Positions 8,982 to 16,374 of a DNA stretch of 64,000 nt are shown in pieces. Each line of letters opens with the position of its first letter. Positions within the stretch are counted from its first letter, which is position 1. The notes beneath the pieces are model-generated. The model had not been told where the DNA came from and did not search any database. It was given only the letters and a program-made list of their open reading frames with translations. Source of the DNA: an uncultured bacterium (GTDB taxonomy: Bacteria; Sysuimicrobiota; Sysuimicrobiia; Sysuimicrobiales; Sysuimicrobiaceae). The stretch spans positions 1,428 to 65,427 of the forward strand of contig CAYTFH010000014.1 of the NCBI GenBank assembly GCA_964437095.1, given 5' to 3'. Both the position numbers and the translations under genes were made by a program.

Positions 8982-9010
8982 ATTATAGAGACGGTCTATC
9001 CGCCGGTCAA
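8982..9010 (-). promoter_or_regulatory. near-consensus sigma-A-type promoter for sigH (TTGACC-17 nt-TATAAT)
   Basis: The minus strand has TTGACC (9010..9005), a 17-nt spacer, then TATAAT (8987..8982), about 60 nt upstream of the sigH start. The -35 hexamer contains the VanW stop codon. Confidence 0.5.
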
Positions 9011-10341
9011 GGACGGAACGCCCCGGAGGTGCCCCACCCGGCCTCCCGCCGGGCTCCCACCTTGACCGTGCGCGGCACGGGCCGGTACCAGGACCGTGCC
9101 ACCACTTCCCGACGCACCCGCACCCTCCCCTCCCACACTTCCCGGACCGTGGTGGCGCGGTAGCCCGGTTGCGCCTCCACCACCCGCACTTCCCCTTCCC
9201 GCAGGCGGGGGTCTGTACGCACCACGAGCCCTGCGGGGGGCGGGAGCACCTCCAGCCCGTCCACCAGCACCCGCACGGTGCGGCCGGGCCGCGGCGGGCC
9301 GTAAAACGTCACCACGAGCCTGGAGCCCTCCACCTCCGTCCACAGCAGCAGGGGCGGTCCGTGGTTGCGGACCCGCAGGTCCACGGCGCCGTACACCACC
9401 GTGGCGTCCCGGCCCACCGGTACGTAGGGCACGGGACGGCTGTGGTTGGCGCGGCTCAGGACCGTGAGGTCCGCAAGCAGGGCGGCGTTGAACAGGGTGG
9501 TGGAAACCTGACAGACTCCTCCCCCGTCCCCGGGAACCAGCTCGTCCTCCACCAGCACGGGCGCTTCCCGGAACCCGGCCCGCCGGGTGCGGGGTCCCAC
9601 CAGGCGGTTGAAGGACAGCTCAGAGCCCGTGGGCAACAGGACACCCCGCAGCCGCGAGGCCGCCAGGGCCACGTTGTGGGTCCGGTCCGGGTCGGGCGCA
9701 AGGCGCGTGGAGAAGGTGGCCACCGGCCGCACGATCCCCAGGCCCACCAGGCGCTGGGTGGTCCACCGGGGCTCCACCACCTTCGTGGGCAGGTCCGCCT
9801 CCGCCGCGCCGGAGACCAGCGCGGCTTCCAGCGCCCGCCGCGCCCGGGGCCGGTCCAGGCTCAGCCCCGACCGGCTCGGGACCACCACCACGCGCCCAGA
9901 GTCCACCGCCAGCCGGCCGTCGCGGGGTGGTACGTCCACCACCTTCGCCACCGCGTCCAACAGAGCACTCAGCCGCTCCGGGTCCACGGACCTGCGGAGG
10001 TGGACATCTACGCGCCCGCGGCGCAGCCGCCAGCGCTGCTCCAGCCGGGTCCCCAGGTGCGGGTGGCGGCCCAGCCCGTACGCCTCCCGGACCGCGTCCT
10101 CCACGTGGACCCGGAGCCCTGCCTCCCAGGCCCGCACCGTCCAGCGGGAGCGTCCCGCGCGCACCACCAGGTAGCGTTGCACCTCCCGCTGCGCCAGCGG
10201 TTCCAGGAACTCCCTCAGTTGGCGCGGGGTGAGGCCCGCGGCGGGCCGCCCTTCCACCCACACTCCCGGCAGAACCCGGCCCGCGTGCCGGAAGGAGTCC
10301 CACGCCACCAGGGCGGCGCACACGGCCACCGCTACACCCAA
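9007..10341 (-). CDS. VanW-family protein (membrane-anchored)
   Basis: This is the C-terminal part of ORF 9007..11061. It has an N-terminal TM segment (ALGVAVAVCAALVAW) and the VanW core (FSTRLAPDPDRTHNVALAASRLRGVLLPTGSELSFNRLVGPRT...GGGVCQVSTTLFNAALLADL...R.NHS). The start is uncertain. It could be TTG 10341, or CTG 10362 overlapping the rlmB stop as CTGA. Confidence 0.8.
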   Translation of the reverse strand: MGVAVAVCAALVAWDSFRHAGRVLPGVWVEGRPAAGLTPRQLREFLEPLAQREVQRYLVVRAGRSRWTVRAWEAGLRVHVEDAVREAYGLGRHPHLGTRLEQRWRLRRGRVDVHLRRSVDPERLSALLDAVAKVVDVPPRDGRLAVDSGRVVVVPSRSGLSLDRPRARRALEAALVSGAAEADLPTKVVEPRWTTQRLVGLGIVRPVATFSTRLAPDPDRTHNVALAASRLRGVLLPTGSELSFNRLVGPRTRRAGFREAPVLVEDELVPGDGGGVCQVSTTLFNAALLADLTVLSRANHSRPVPYVPVGRDATVVYGAVDLRVRNHGPPLLLWTEVEGSRLVVTFYGPPRPGRTVRVLVDGLEVLPPPAGLVVRTDPRLREGEVRVVEAQPGYRATTVREVWEGRVRVRREVVARSWYRPVPRTVKVGARREAGWGTSGAFRP

Positions 10342-10358
10342 AGCCCACCCAGCCTTCT

Positions 10359-11162
10359 TCAGACCGCAGCCCCCCTCTCGCGGGCGCGCAGCCTGCGCAC
10401 CACCTCGTACAGCAGGATGGCCGCCGCCACCGACACGTTCAGGGACTCCACCTTGCCCCGCATGGGGATCCGCACCGCCTGGTCGCAGCGCTCCCGCACC
10501 AGCCTCCGCACGCCGCGCTCCTCCCCGCCCACCACCAGGGCCAGGGGCGGGTCCAGGGCCGCCTCGTCGTAGCTCACCTCGGCCCGCGGGTCCGCGGCCA
10601 CCGCGCGGAACCCGGCCTCCCTGCACGCCTCCACCGCCCTCCCCATGTTCACCACCCCCGCCACCGGGAGGTGCAGGGCCGCGCCCGCGGACGCCTTGGC
10701 CACCGCGGGCGAAAGGCCCGCGGAACGCCGGGTGGGGATCACCACCCCCACCGCACCCGCGGCCTCCGCGGTGCGCAAAATGGCGCCGAGGTTGCGCGGG
10801 TCCTGGACCCCGTCTGCCAGCACCAGCACGGGGTCGGGGGTGCTGCGGGCACGCTGCAAGAGGTCCTCCAGCTCCCACAGAGGGCGCACCCCCACCAGGG
10901 CCACCACCCCCTGGTGGGCGCCGGTACCGGACAGTCGGTCCAGGTGGCCAGGGTTCACGAACTGCACGGGGATCCCGCGCCGGCGGGCTTCCTGCACGAT
11001 CTCCGCCAGGCTGCCCCGGAGGTGCGCGGTGCGGGACACCTGCAGCTTGCGAATGGGCCATCCCGCGCGCAGGGCCTCCCGCACGGGGTTGCGGCCCTCC
11101 ACCAGGGCGTGTTGTGACCCTGCCCGCGCCTCCCTGCCGCCTCCAGCCTCCGGTCCTGCCAC
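10359..11162 (-). CDS. rlmB: 23S rRNA (guanosine-2'-O)-methyltransferase RlmB/YacO (SpoU/TrmH family)
   Basis: The 267-aa product has GRNPVREAL, VQDPRNLGAILRTAEAAG, LVVGGEERGV and IPMRGKVESLNVSVAAAILLYE. Confidence 0.85.
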   Translation of the reverse strand: MAGPEAGGGREARAGSQHALVEGRNPVREALRAGWPIRKLQVSRTAHLRGSLAEIVQEARRRGIPVQFVNPGHLDRLSGTGAHQGVVALVGVRPLWELEDLLQRARSTPDPVLVLADGVQDPRNLGAILRTAEAAGAVGVVIPTRRSAGLSPAVAKASAGAALHLPVAGVVNMGRAVEACREAGFRAVAADPRAEVSYDEAALDPPLALVVGGEERGVRRLVRERCDQAVRIPMRGKVESLNVSVAAAILLYEVVRRLRARERGAAV

Positions 11163-11174
11163 GCGACTCGAGCT

Positions 11175-12701
11175 TCAGGTCCCGTTGCGGATGCGCCAGC
11201 GGCTGCCGCCGGGGTAGTCCTCCACGGACACCCCCAGGTCCGCCAACCGTTGCCGGATGCGGTCCGCGGTGGCGAAGTCCCGGCGCTCCCGGGCCCTCTG
11301 CCGGACCTCCAGGACCCGGTCCAGCACCGCCTCGGGAGATCCCTCGCCGTCCACCTCCCGCAAAGCTTCCTCTTCTTGCAGCAGGCGCCGCAGGGCGGCC
11401 ACCAGGGACGGGGGCACGGGCTGTGTGAGCCGCAGGCCCAGTACACCCGCCAGCTCCCGCAGGACGTCCCGCGCTTCCGCCACCGCCTCCACCGCCTCTT
11501 CCGGCGATCCCGCGTCGGGCTGCCGCTTAGCCAGGGCGTCGGTGAGCCGGTTGACCTCCGCCGCAAGGCCGTGCAGGGCCGCGATGGCCGAGGGGGTGTC
11601 GAAGTCGTCGTCCAACGCCGCGCGGAAGGCCTCCCGGAACCTGGCCACCTCCTCCCGCAGGCGCTGGGCCGTCGCGGAACTGCGCCCCGAGGGCCGGGTG
11701 CGGCGCAGCAGGGTGTCCGCGGCCTCCACCGCGGCCCGCAGGTGGCCCGCGCCCCGCTCCGCGGAGGCCACGGCCTCCTCCCGCCACGTCATGGGGCTGC
11801 GGTAGTGGGAGCTGAGCAGGAACAGCCGGATGCCGTCGGGGCGGTACCGACTCAAGGCGTCCTGGATCCACACCACGTTGCCCAGAGAACGCGTCATGCG
11901 CTCCTCCTGGCCCTCCATGCGGAGGTGCGCGTTGTGCAGCCAGTACTTCACGAAGGGCTTGCCCGTGTAGCACTCGCTCTGGGCGATCTCGTTCTCGTGG
12001 TGGGGGAAGATGACGTCCTCCCCGCCCCCGTGGATGTCCAGCTGTTCTCCCAGGTACGCCATGGACATGGCCGAGCACTCGATGTGCCAGCCGGGCCGGC
12101 CCGGCCCCCACGGGCTCGGCCAGGAGGGCTCGCCCGGCTTGGCCGCCTTCCACAGGGCGAAGTCCATGGGGTGCTCCTTACGCGGGTCCACCTCCACCCG
12201 GGCGCCCGCCTGCAGCTCGTCCAACGAGCGGCCGGAGAGCTTCCCGTAGTGGGGGTCGGAGGTGACCCGGAAGTACACGTCCCCGTCCACCACGTACGCG
12301 TGGCCCCGGGCCAGCAGCCCCTCCACGATCCGCACCATCTGCGGGATGTGCTCGGTGGCGCGGGGGTAGTGGTGGGCCCTCAGCACGTTCAGGGCGTCCA
12401 TCTCCCGCAGGAACCGTTCGATGTACTCCCGCGCGATGGACTCCAGGCTGCGGCCCTCCCGCTGCGCCCGGGCGATGATCTTGTCCTCGATGTCGGTGAA
12501 GTTCTGCACGTGGCGCACCCGGTACCCCGACCACTCCAGGTGCCGGCGGACCACGTCGAAGAACAGGTAGCTGCGGGCGTGGCCCACGTGGGCAGGGCCG
12601 TGCAGGTTCACCCCGCACACGTACATCCTCACCTCGGGCGGGTTGTGCGGATCGAAGGGTTCCTTGCGACGGGTCAGGGTGTTGGTCACGTACAGGGCCA
12701 A
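11175..12701 (-). CDS. cysS: cysteine--tRNA ligase
   Basis: Taken from ORF 11175..12722. The motifs are MYVCGVNLHGPAHVGHARSY (HIGH-type) and ERMTRSLGN (KMSKS-type). The preferred start is TTG 12701 (MALYVTNTLTRRKEPF), with GGAGG 6 nt upstream. TTG 12722 (TTGA overlap with ispF) is the alternative. Confidence 0.9.
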   Translation of the reverse strand: MALYVTNTLTRRKEPFDPHNPPEVRMYVCGVNLHGPAHVGHARSYLFFDVVRRHLEWSGYRVRHVQNFTDIEDKIIARAQREGRSLESIAREYIERFLREMDALNVLRAHHYPRATEHIPQMVRIVEGLLARGHAYVVDGDVYFRVTSDPHYGKLSGRSLDELQAGARVEVDPRKEHPMDFALWKAAKPGEPSWPSPWGPGRPGWHIECSAMSMAYLGEQLDIHGGGEDVIFPHHENEIAQSECYTGKPFVKYWLHNAHLRMEGQEERMTRSLGNVVWIQDALSRYRPDGIRLFLLSSHYRSPMTWREEAVASAERGAGHLRAAVEAADTLLRRTRPSGRSSATAQRLREEVARFREAFRAALDDDFDTPSAIAALHGLAAEVNRLTDALAKRQPDAGSPEEAVEAVAEARDVLRELAGVLGLRLTQPVPPSLVAALRRLLQEEEALREVDGEGSPEAVLDRVLEVRQRARERRDFATADRIRQRLADLGVSVEDYPGGSRWRIRNGT

Positions 12702-12718
12702 GGCGGACCTCCGACGTT

Positions 12719-13201
12719 TCAACTCGTCCCCACGGGCTCCACCAGCGCCACCGCCAGGGCCGCGATGCCTTCCCCGCGGCCCAGGGCTCCCAGCCCCTCG
12801 GGGGTGGTGGCCTTCACCCCCACCGCCTCAGGAGGCAGGCCCAGGCGGGCCGCCAGGGTCTGCCGCATCCGGGGCAGGTACTCCGCCAGACGGGGCTGCT
12901 GGGCCACCACCACGCAGTCTACCTGGACCACCCGCCAGCCCGCCTGCCGCGCCCGGTCCAGCACCCGGTCCAGCAGGTTCAAGCTGTCGGCGCCCTCGTA
13001 GGCGGGGTCCGTGGGCGGGAACAGGGTGCCGATGTCGGGCAGGCCGCACGCGCCCAGGACCGCGTCCATGACCGCGTGGGTGAGGGCGTCCGCGTCGCTG
13101 TGCCCCGCGAGCCCCAACTCGTACGGCACCACCACGCCTCCCAGGACCAGCCGGCGTCCGGGGCTCAGGGGGTGCACGTCGTAGCCGATGCCCACCCTCA
13201 C
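12719..13201 (-). CDS. ispF: 2-C-methyl-D-erythritol 2,4-cyclodiphosphate synthase
   Basis: The product reads RVGIGYDVHPL...LGGV.VP....L.GHSDADALTHAVMDA.LGA....DIG..FP. The start was placed at GTG 13201, a GTGA overlap with the ispD stop. The ORF extends to 13213. Confidence 0.9.
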   Translation of the reverse strand: MRVGIGYDVHPLSPGRRLVLGGVVVPYELGLAGHSDADALTHAVMDAVLGACGLPDIGTLFPPTDPAYEGADSLNLLDRVLDRARQAGWRVVQVDCVVVAQQPRLAEYLPRMRQTLAARLGLPPEAVGVKATTPEGLGALGRGEGIAALAVALVEPVGTS

Positions 13202-13902
13202 CCTTCCCGCCACTGCAGGAGCGCCTCCGCCATGAGCAGGTCCTCCGGGGTGGTGATCTTGAGGTTCTCGGGGCTGCCCGCCACCACCGCCACGGGGTGG
13301 CCCATGCGTTCCACCAGGGTGGCGTCGTCAGTGCCGTAGAACCCCTCGGCCCGCGCGCGCTCGTGGGCCTGCACCAGGAGGTCATAGCGGAAGCCCTGGG
13401 GGGTCTGCACCGCCCGCAGCTCGTCCCGGTTCAAGGTCTCCACCACCCGGTCCCCGTCCACCCGCTTGACGGTGTCCCGCACCGGGACCGCGGGGACCGC
13501 GGCTCCGTGCTCCACGGTGGCCTCCACCACCCGCTCGATGATGTCCGCGGTGACCAAGGGGCGCGCCCCGTCGTGGACCAGCACCACGTCGCACCGGCCC
13601 ACCGCCTGCAGCCCCAACGCCACCGATTGCTGGCGTTTGAGGCCCCCCGCCACCACCGCGGACACCTTGCCGAGCCCGTAGCGGTGCACCAGCTCCCGGA
13701 CCCGGTCGATGGACGCCTCCGTGGCCACCACCGCGATGTCGTCCACCAGGGGGCTGTGGTGGAAGGGCAGGATGGATCGCACGATGACGGGGACCTGGTG
13801 CAGCGACAGCAGGACCTTGGGGGTGCCCTGGCCCATGCGCGCGCTGCGGCCCGCCGCGGCCACCACCGCGGCCACCCGCAGCCGCTTGGACTTGCCCTTC
13901 AC
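13198..13902 (-). CDS. ispD: 2-C-methyl-D-erythritol 4-phosphate cytidylyltransferase
   Basis: This is the tail of ORF 13198..14862. The motifs are AVVAAAGRSARMG...PKVLL, VLVHDGARPLV and VQTPQGF. GTG 13902 forms a GTGA overlap with the yacL stop. Confidence 0.9.
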   Translation of the reverse strand: MKGKSKRLRVAAVVAAAGRSARMGQGTPKVLLSLHQVPVIVRSILPFHHSPLVDDIAVVATEASIDRVRELVHRYGLGKVSAVVAGGLKRQQSVALGLQAVGRCDVVLVHDGARPLVTADIIERVVEATVEHGAAVPAVPVRDTVKRVDGDRVVETLNRDELRAVQTPQGFRYDLLVQAHERARAEGFYGTDDATLVERMGHPVAVVAGSPENLKITTPEDLLMAEALLQWREG

Positions 13903-14978
13903 CGGGGCGACACCGCCCCACCCCGACGGCCCGTGGCTTCCTGCTTGGGCCGCGCGAACACCATGCGCCCCGCGGAGGTCTGCAGTACGCTGGTCACCAC
14001 CGCGTCCACGGTGGTCCCCACCAGGGGCTTGCCGCCCTCCACCACGATCATGGTCCCGTCCTCCAGGTAGCCCACGCCCTGCCCGGGCTCCTTGCCCTCC
14101 CGCAACAGCTGCACGCTCACCTCCTCGCCCGGGAGGACCACGGGCCGCACCGCGTTGGCCAGCTCGTGGACGTTCAGCACCCGCACCCCCTGCAGCTGCG
14201 CCACGCGGTTGAGGTTGAAGTCCGTGGTGACCACGCACGCCCGCGCGGACCGGGCCACCCGCACCACCCGCTCGTCCACCCCGCCGTCGCCCTCGTCGTC
14301 CACCACCTGCACCCCGTGGGACTCCTCCTGAAGCCGGTGGAGGACGTCCAGGCCCCGGCGGCCCCGGGCCCGCCGCACGGGGTCGGTGGAGTCCGCGATG
14401 GCCTGCAGCTCCCGCAGCACCGACCGGGGGATGAGGAACGGACCTTCCAGGAACCCGGCCCGCACCACGTCCGCGATGCGGCCGTCGATGATGGCGCTGG
14501 TGTCCAGCACCTTGGCCGGACCCCTCGGCCGGCGGCCCCGCTCCAGGAGGCTTGCCAGCTCCTCCCGCCTCTGCAGGGCGAACTGCAGGCCCAGGTAGCC
14601 GAACACCACCAGGGCCACCACCCTGAGGTAACCGCCGATCACCGGAACCCCGGACAGGAGGTAGCCCACCGCGGTGGCCACCAGCAGGCCCAGCAGCAGC
14701 CCTGCCGTTCCCACAGCCAGGTCCCGGGAAGGGATGCGGTTCATCCACGCCAGCAGCCGGCCCATGAGGCGGACCAACAGGTTCCACAGAGGTGGGGCCA
14801 CCACGCTGCCCGCCAGAGCGCCCACGGCCGCCCCCGCCACACCCGCGCCCATGCGCATCCATCCGAACAGGGGCACGAAGGGGGCCACGGAAAGGCCCAC
14901 CTGCGCCCCCACGGCCGCACCCAGCAGCACACCGCCCCAGGCCGCGATCCTTCGAACCGTCCTCCCCTCGGATGCCAT
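13899..14978 (-). CDS. yacL: PIN/TRAM domain-containing membrane protein (YacL-like)
   Basis: The 359-aa product has N-terminal TM helices, a PIN core (KVLDTSAIIDGRI) and a C-terminal TRAM-like domain (GEEVSVQLLREGKEPGQGVGYLEDGTMIVVEGG). It sits in the conserved position between radA and ispD. Confidence 0.85.
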   Translation of the reverse strand: MASEGRTVRRIAAWGGVLLGAAVGAQVGLSVAPFVPLFGWMRMGAGVAGAAVGALAGSVVAPPLWNLLVRLMGRLLAWMNRIPSRDLAVGTAGLLLGLLVATAVGYLLSGVPVIGGYLRVVALVVFGYLGLQFALQRREELASLLERGRRPRGPAKVLDTSAIIDGRIADVVRAGFLEGPFLIPRSVLRELQAIADSTDPVRRARGRRGLDVLHRLQEESHGVQVVDDEGDGGVDERVVRVARSARACVVTTDFNLNRVAQLQGVRVLNVHELANAVRPVVLPGEEVSVQLLREGKEPGQGVGYLEDGTMIVVEGGKPLVGTTVDAVVTSVLQTSAGRMVFARPKQEATGRRGGAVSPR

Positions 14979-15036
14979 TTCGAGCCCAGTATAAGCAGGC
15001 TACGGTGCTTTGGTCCGCGACGGTTTGGCCGGAGCC

Positions 15037-16374
15037 CTAGCGCCAGGGCGCCAGGTCGAGGGCCTCGGTGACCGTGGTCACGGGCACCACCTCCAGCCCC
15101 GTGTCCTCCGCTCCGGAAAGCCCGGCCCGCGGGACCAGGGCCCGGCTGAACCCCAGCTTCTTCGCCTCCGCCAGGCGCCGGCCCAGCTGGGGCACGGGGC
15201 GCACTTCCCCTGCAAGCCCCAGCTCCCCGCAGAACACCGTGTGGGAGTCCAACGCGGTGCTGCGGTACGAGGACGCCAGACTCAGCGCCACGCCCAGGTC
15301 CGCGGCGGGCTCCTCCACCCGCACCCCGCCCGCGGCGTTGGCGTACACGTCCGCCTGGGAGAAGGAAAGCCCCGCGTGCTTTTCCAGCACCGCCAGGAGC
15401 AGCAGCAGCCGGTTGTAGTCCACCCCTGAGGTGGCGCGACGCGGGGTGCCGAAGGCGGAGGGGCTCACCAGGGCCTGCACCTCCACCAGCAGCGGACGGC
15501 TGCCCTCCAGGGTGCACACCACCGCGGCCCCGGAAGCTCCCGGGGGCCGCTCGCTCAAGAAGGCCGCGGAAGGGTTGGGCACTTCCTCCAGCCCGTTGGC
15601 TCGCATCTCGAACACCCCGATCTCGTTGGTGGACCCGAACCGGTTCTTGGTGGCCCGCAGGACGCGGTAGCTCTGGTGGCGCTCGCCCTCGAAGTACAGG
15701 ACGGTGTCCACCAGGTGCTCCAAGACCTTCGGACCCGCCAGCATCCCCTCCTTGGTCACGTGGCCCACCAGCAGTACCGCCACCCCCTCCGACTTGGCCA
15801 GCTGCAGCAGCGCGGCGGCGCACTCCCGCACCTGCCCCACGCTCCCGGGCGCGCTGGGGACGTCGGGCCGGTACACGGTCTGGACGCTGTCCACCACCAC
15901 CAGGGCCGGCCGCAGCCTGCGGCAGGCGGCCAGCACCGCGTCCAGGTCCGTCTCCGCCACCACCCACACGCCCCGGGAGAGGGCGCCCAAGCGCTCCGCC
16001 CGCATCCGGGTCTGCTGGGCCGACTCCTCCCCCGCCACGTACAGCACCTGCCGGCCCACCTCCGCCAGGCGGTGGGCCGCCTGCAGGGCCAGGGTGCTCT
16101 TGCCGATGCCCGGATCCCCGCCCAGCAGCACCAGGGAGCCCGGCACGAAGCCCCCGCCCAGCACCCGGTCCAGCTCGGTGATCCCCGTGGGCCACCGCTC
16201 CTCGGGAAGGGGCGAGACCTCCGGCAGCGGCACGGGCTTTCCGGCGCGGGACGCAAGCCGTCGGGGCACGGCCACTTCCTCTACCAAGGTGTTCCACCCC
16301 TCGCAGCTGGGGCACCGCCCTAGCCACCGGGCGGACCGGTAGCCGCACGACTGGCACACGTACTCGACCTTCAC
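15037..16374 (-). CDS. radA: DNA repair protein RadA (Sms)
   Basis: This is the tail of ORF 15037..17448. It has a zinc finger (YVCQSCGYRSARWLGRCPSC), Walker A (GGDPGIGKSTL), KNRFG and a Lon-like C-terminus. GTG 16374 forms a GTGA overlap with the upstream stop. Confidence 0.92.
   Translation of the reverse strand: MKVEYVCQSCGYRSARWLGRCPSCEGWNTLVEEVAVPRRLASRAGKPVPLPEVSPLPEERWPTGITELDRVLGGGFVPGSLVLLGGDPGIGKSTLALQAAHRLAEVGRQVLYVAGEESAQQTRMRAERLGALSRGVWVVAETDLDAVLAACRRLRPALVVVDSVQTVYRPDVPSAPGSVGQVRECAAALLQLAKSEGVAVLLVGHVTKEGMLAGPKVLEHLVDTVLYFEGERHQSYRVLRATKNRFGSTNEIGVFEMRANGLEEVPNPSAAFLSERPPGASGAAVVCTLEGSRPLLVEVQALVSPSAFGTPRRATSGVDYNRLLLLLAVLEKHAGLSFSQADVYANAAGGVRVEEPAADLGVALSLASSYRSTALDSHTVFCGELGLAGEVRPVPQLGRRLAEAKKLGFSRALVPRAGLSGAEDTGLEVVPVTTVTEALDLAPWR

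Noticed and set aside
9169-10572. Long antisense and alternate-frame ORFs such as 9169..10572, 10229..11428, 11250..13001, 24783..27479, 42074..44377, 43720..46248, 47262..49409 (beyond its first ~55 codons), 49755..51404 and 56738..58591.
   Set aside because: Their translations are Arg/Pro/Gly/Ala-rich low complexity, and each lies opposite or out of frame to a gene with clear family motifs. These are the typical stop-codon-poor shadow frames of high-GC DNA.
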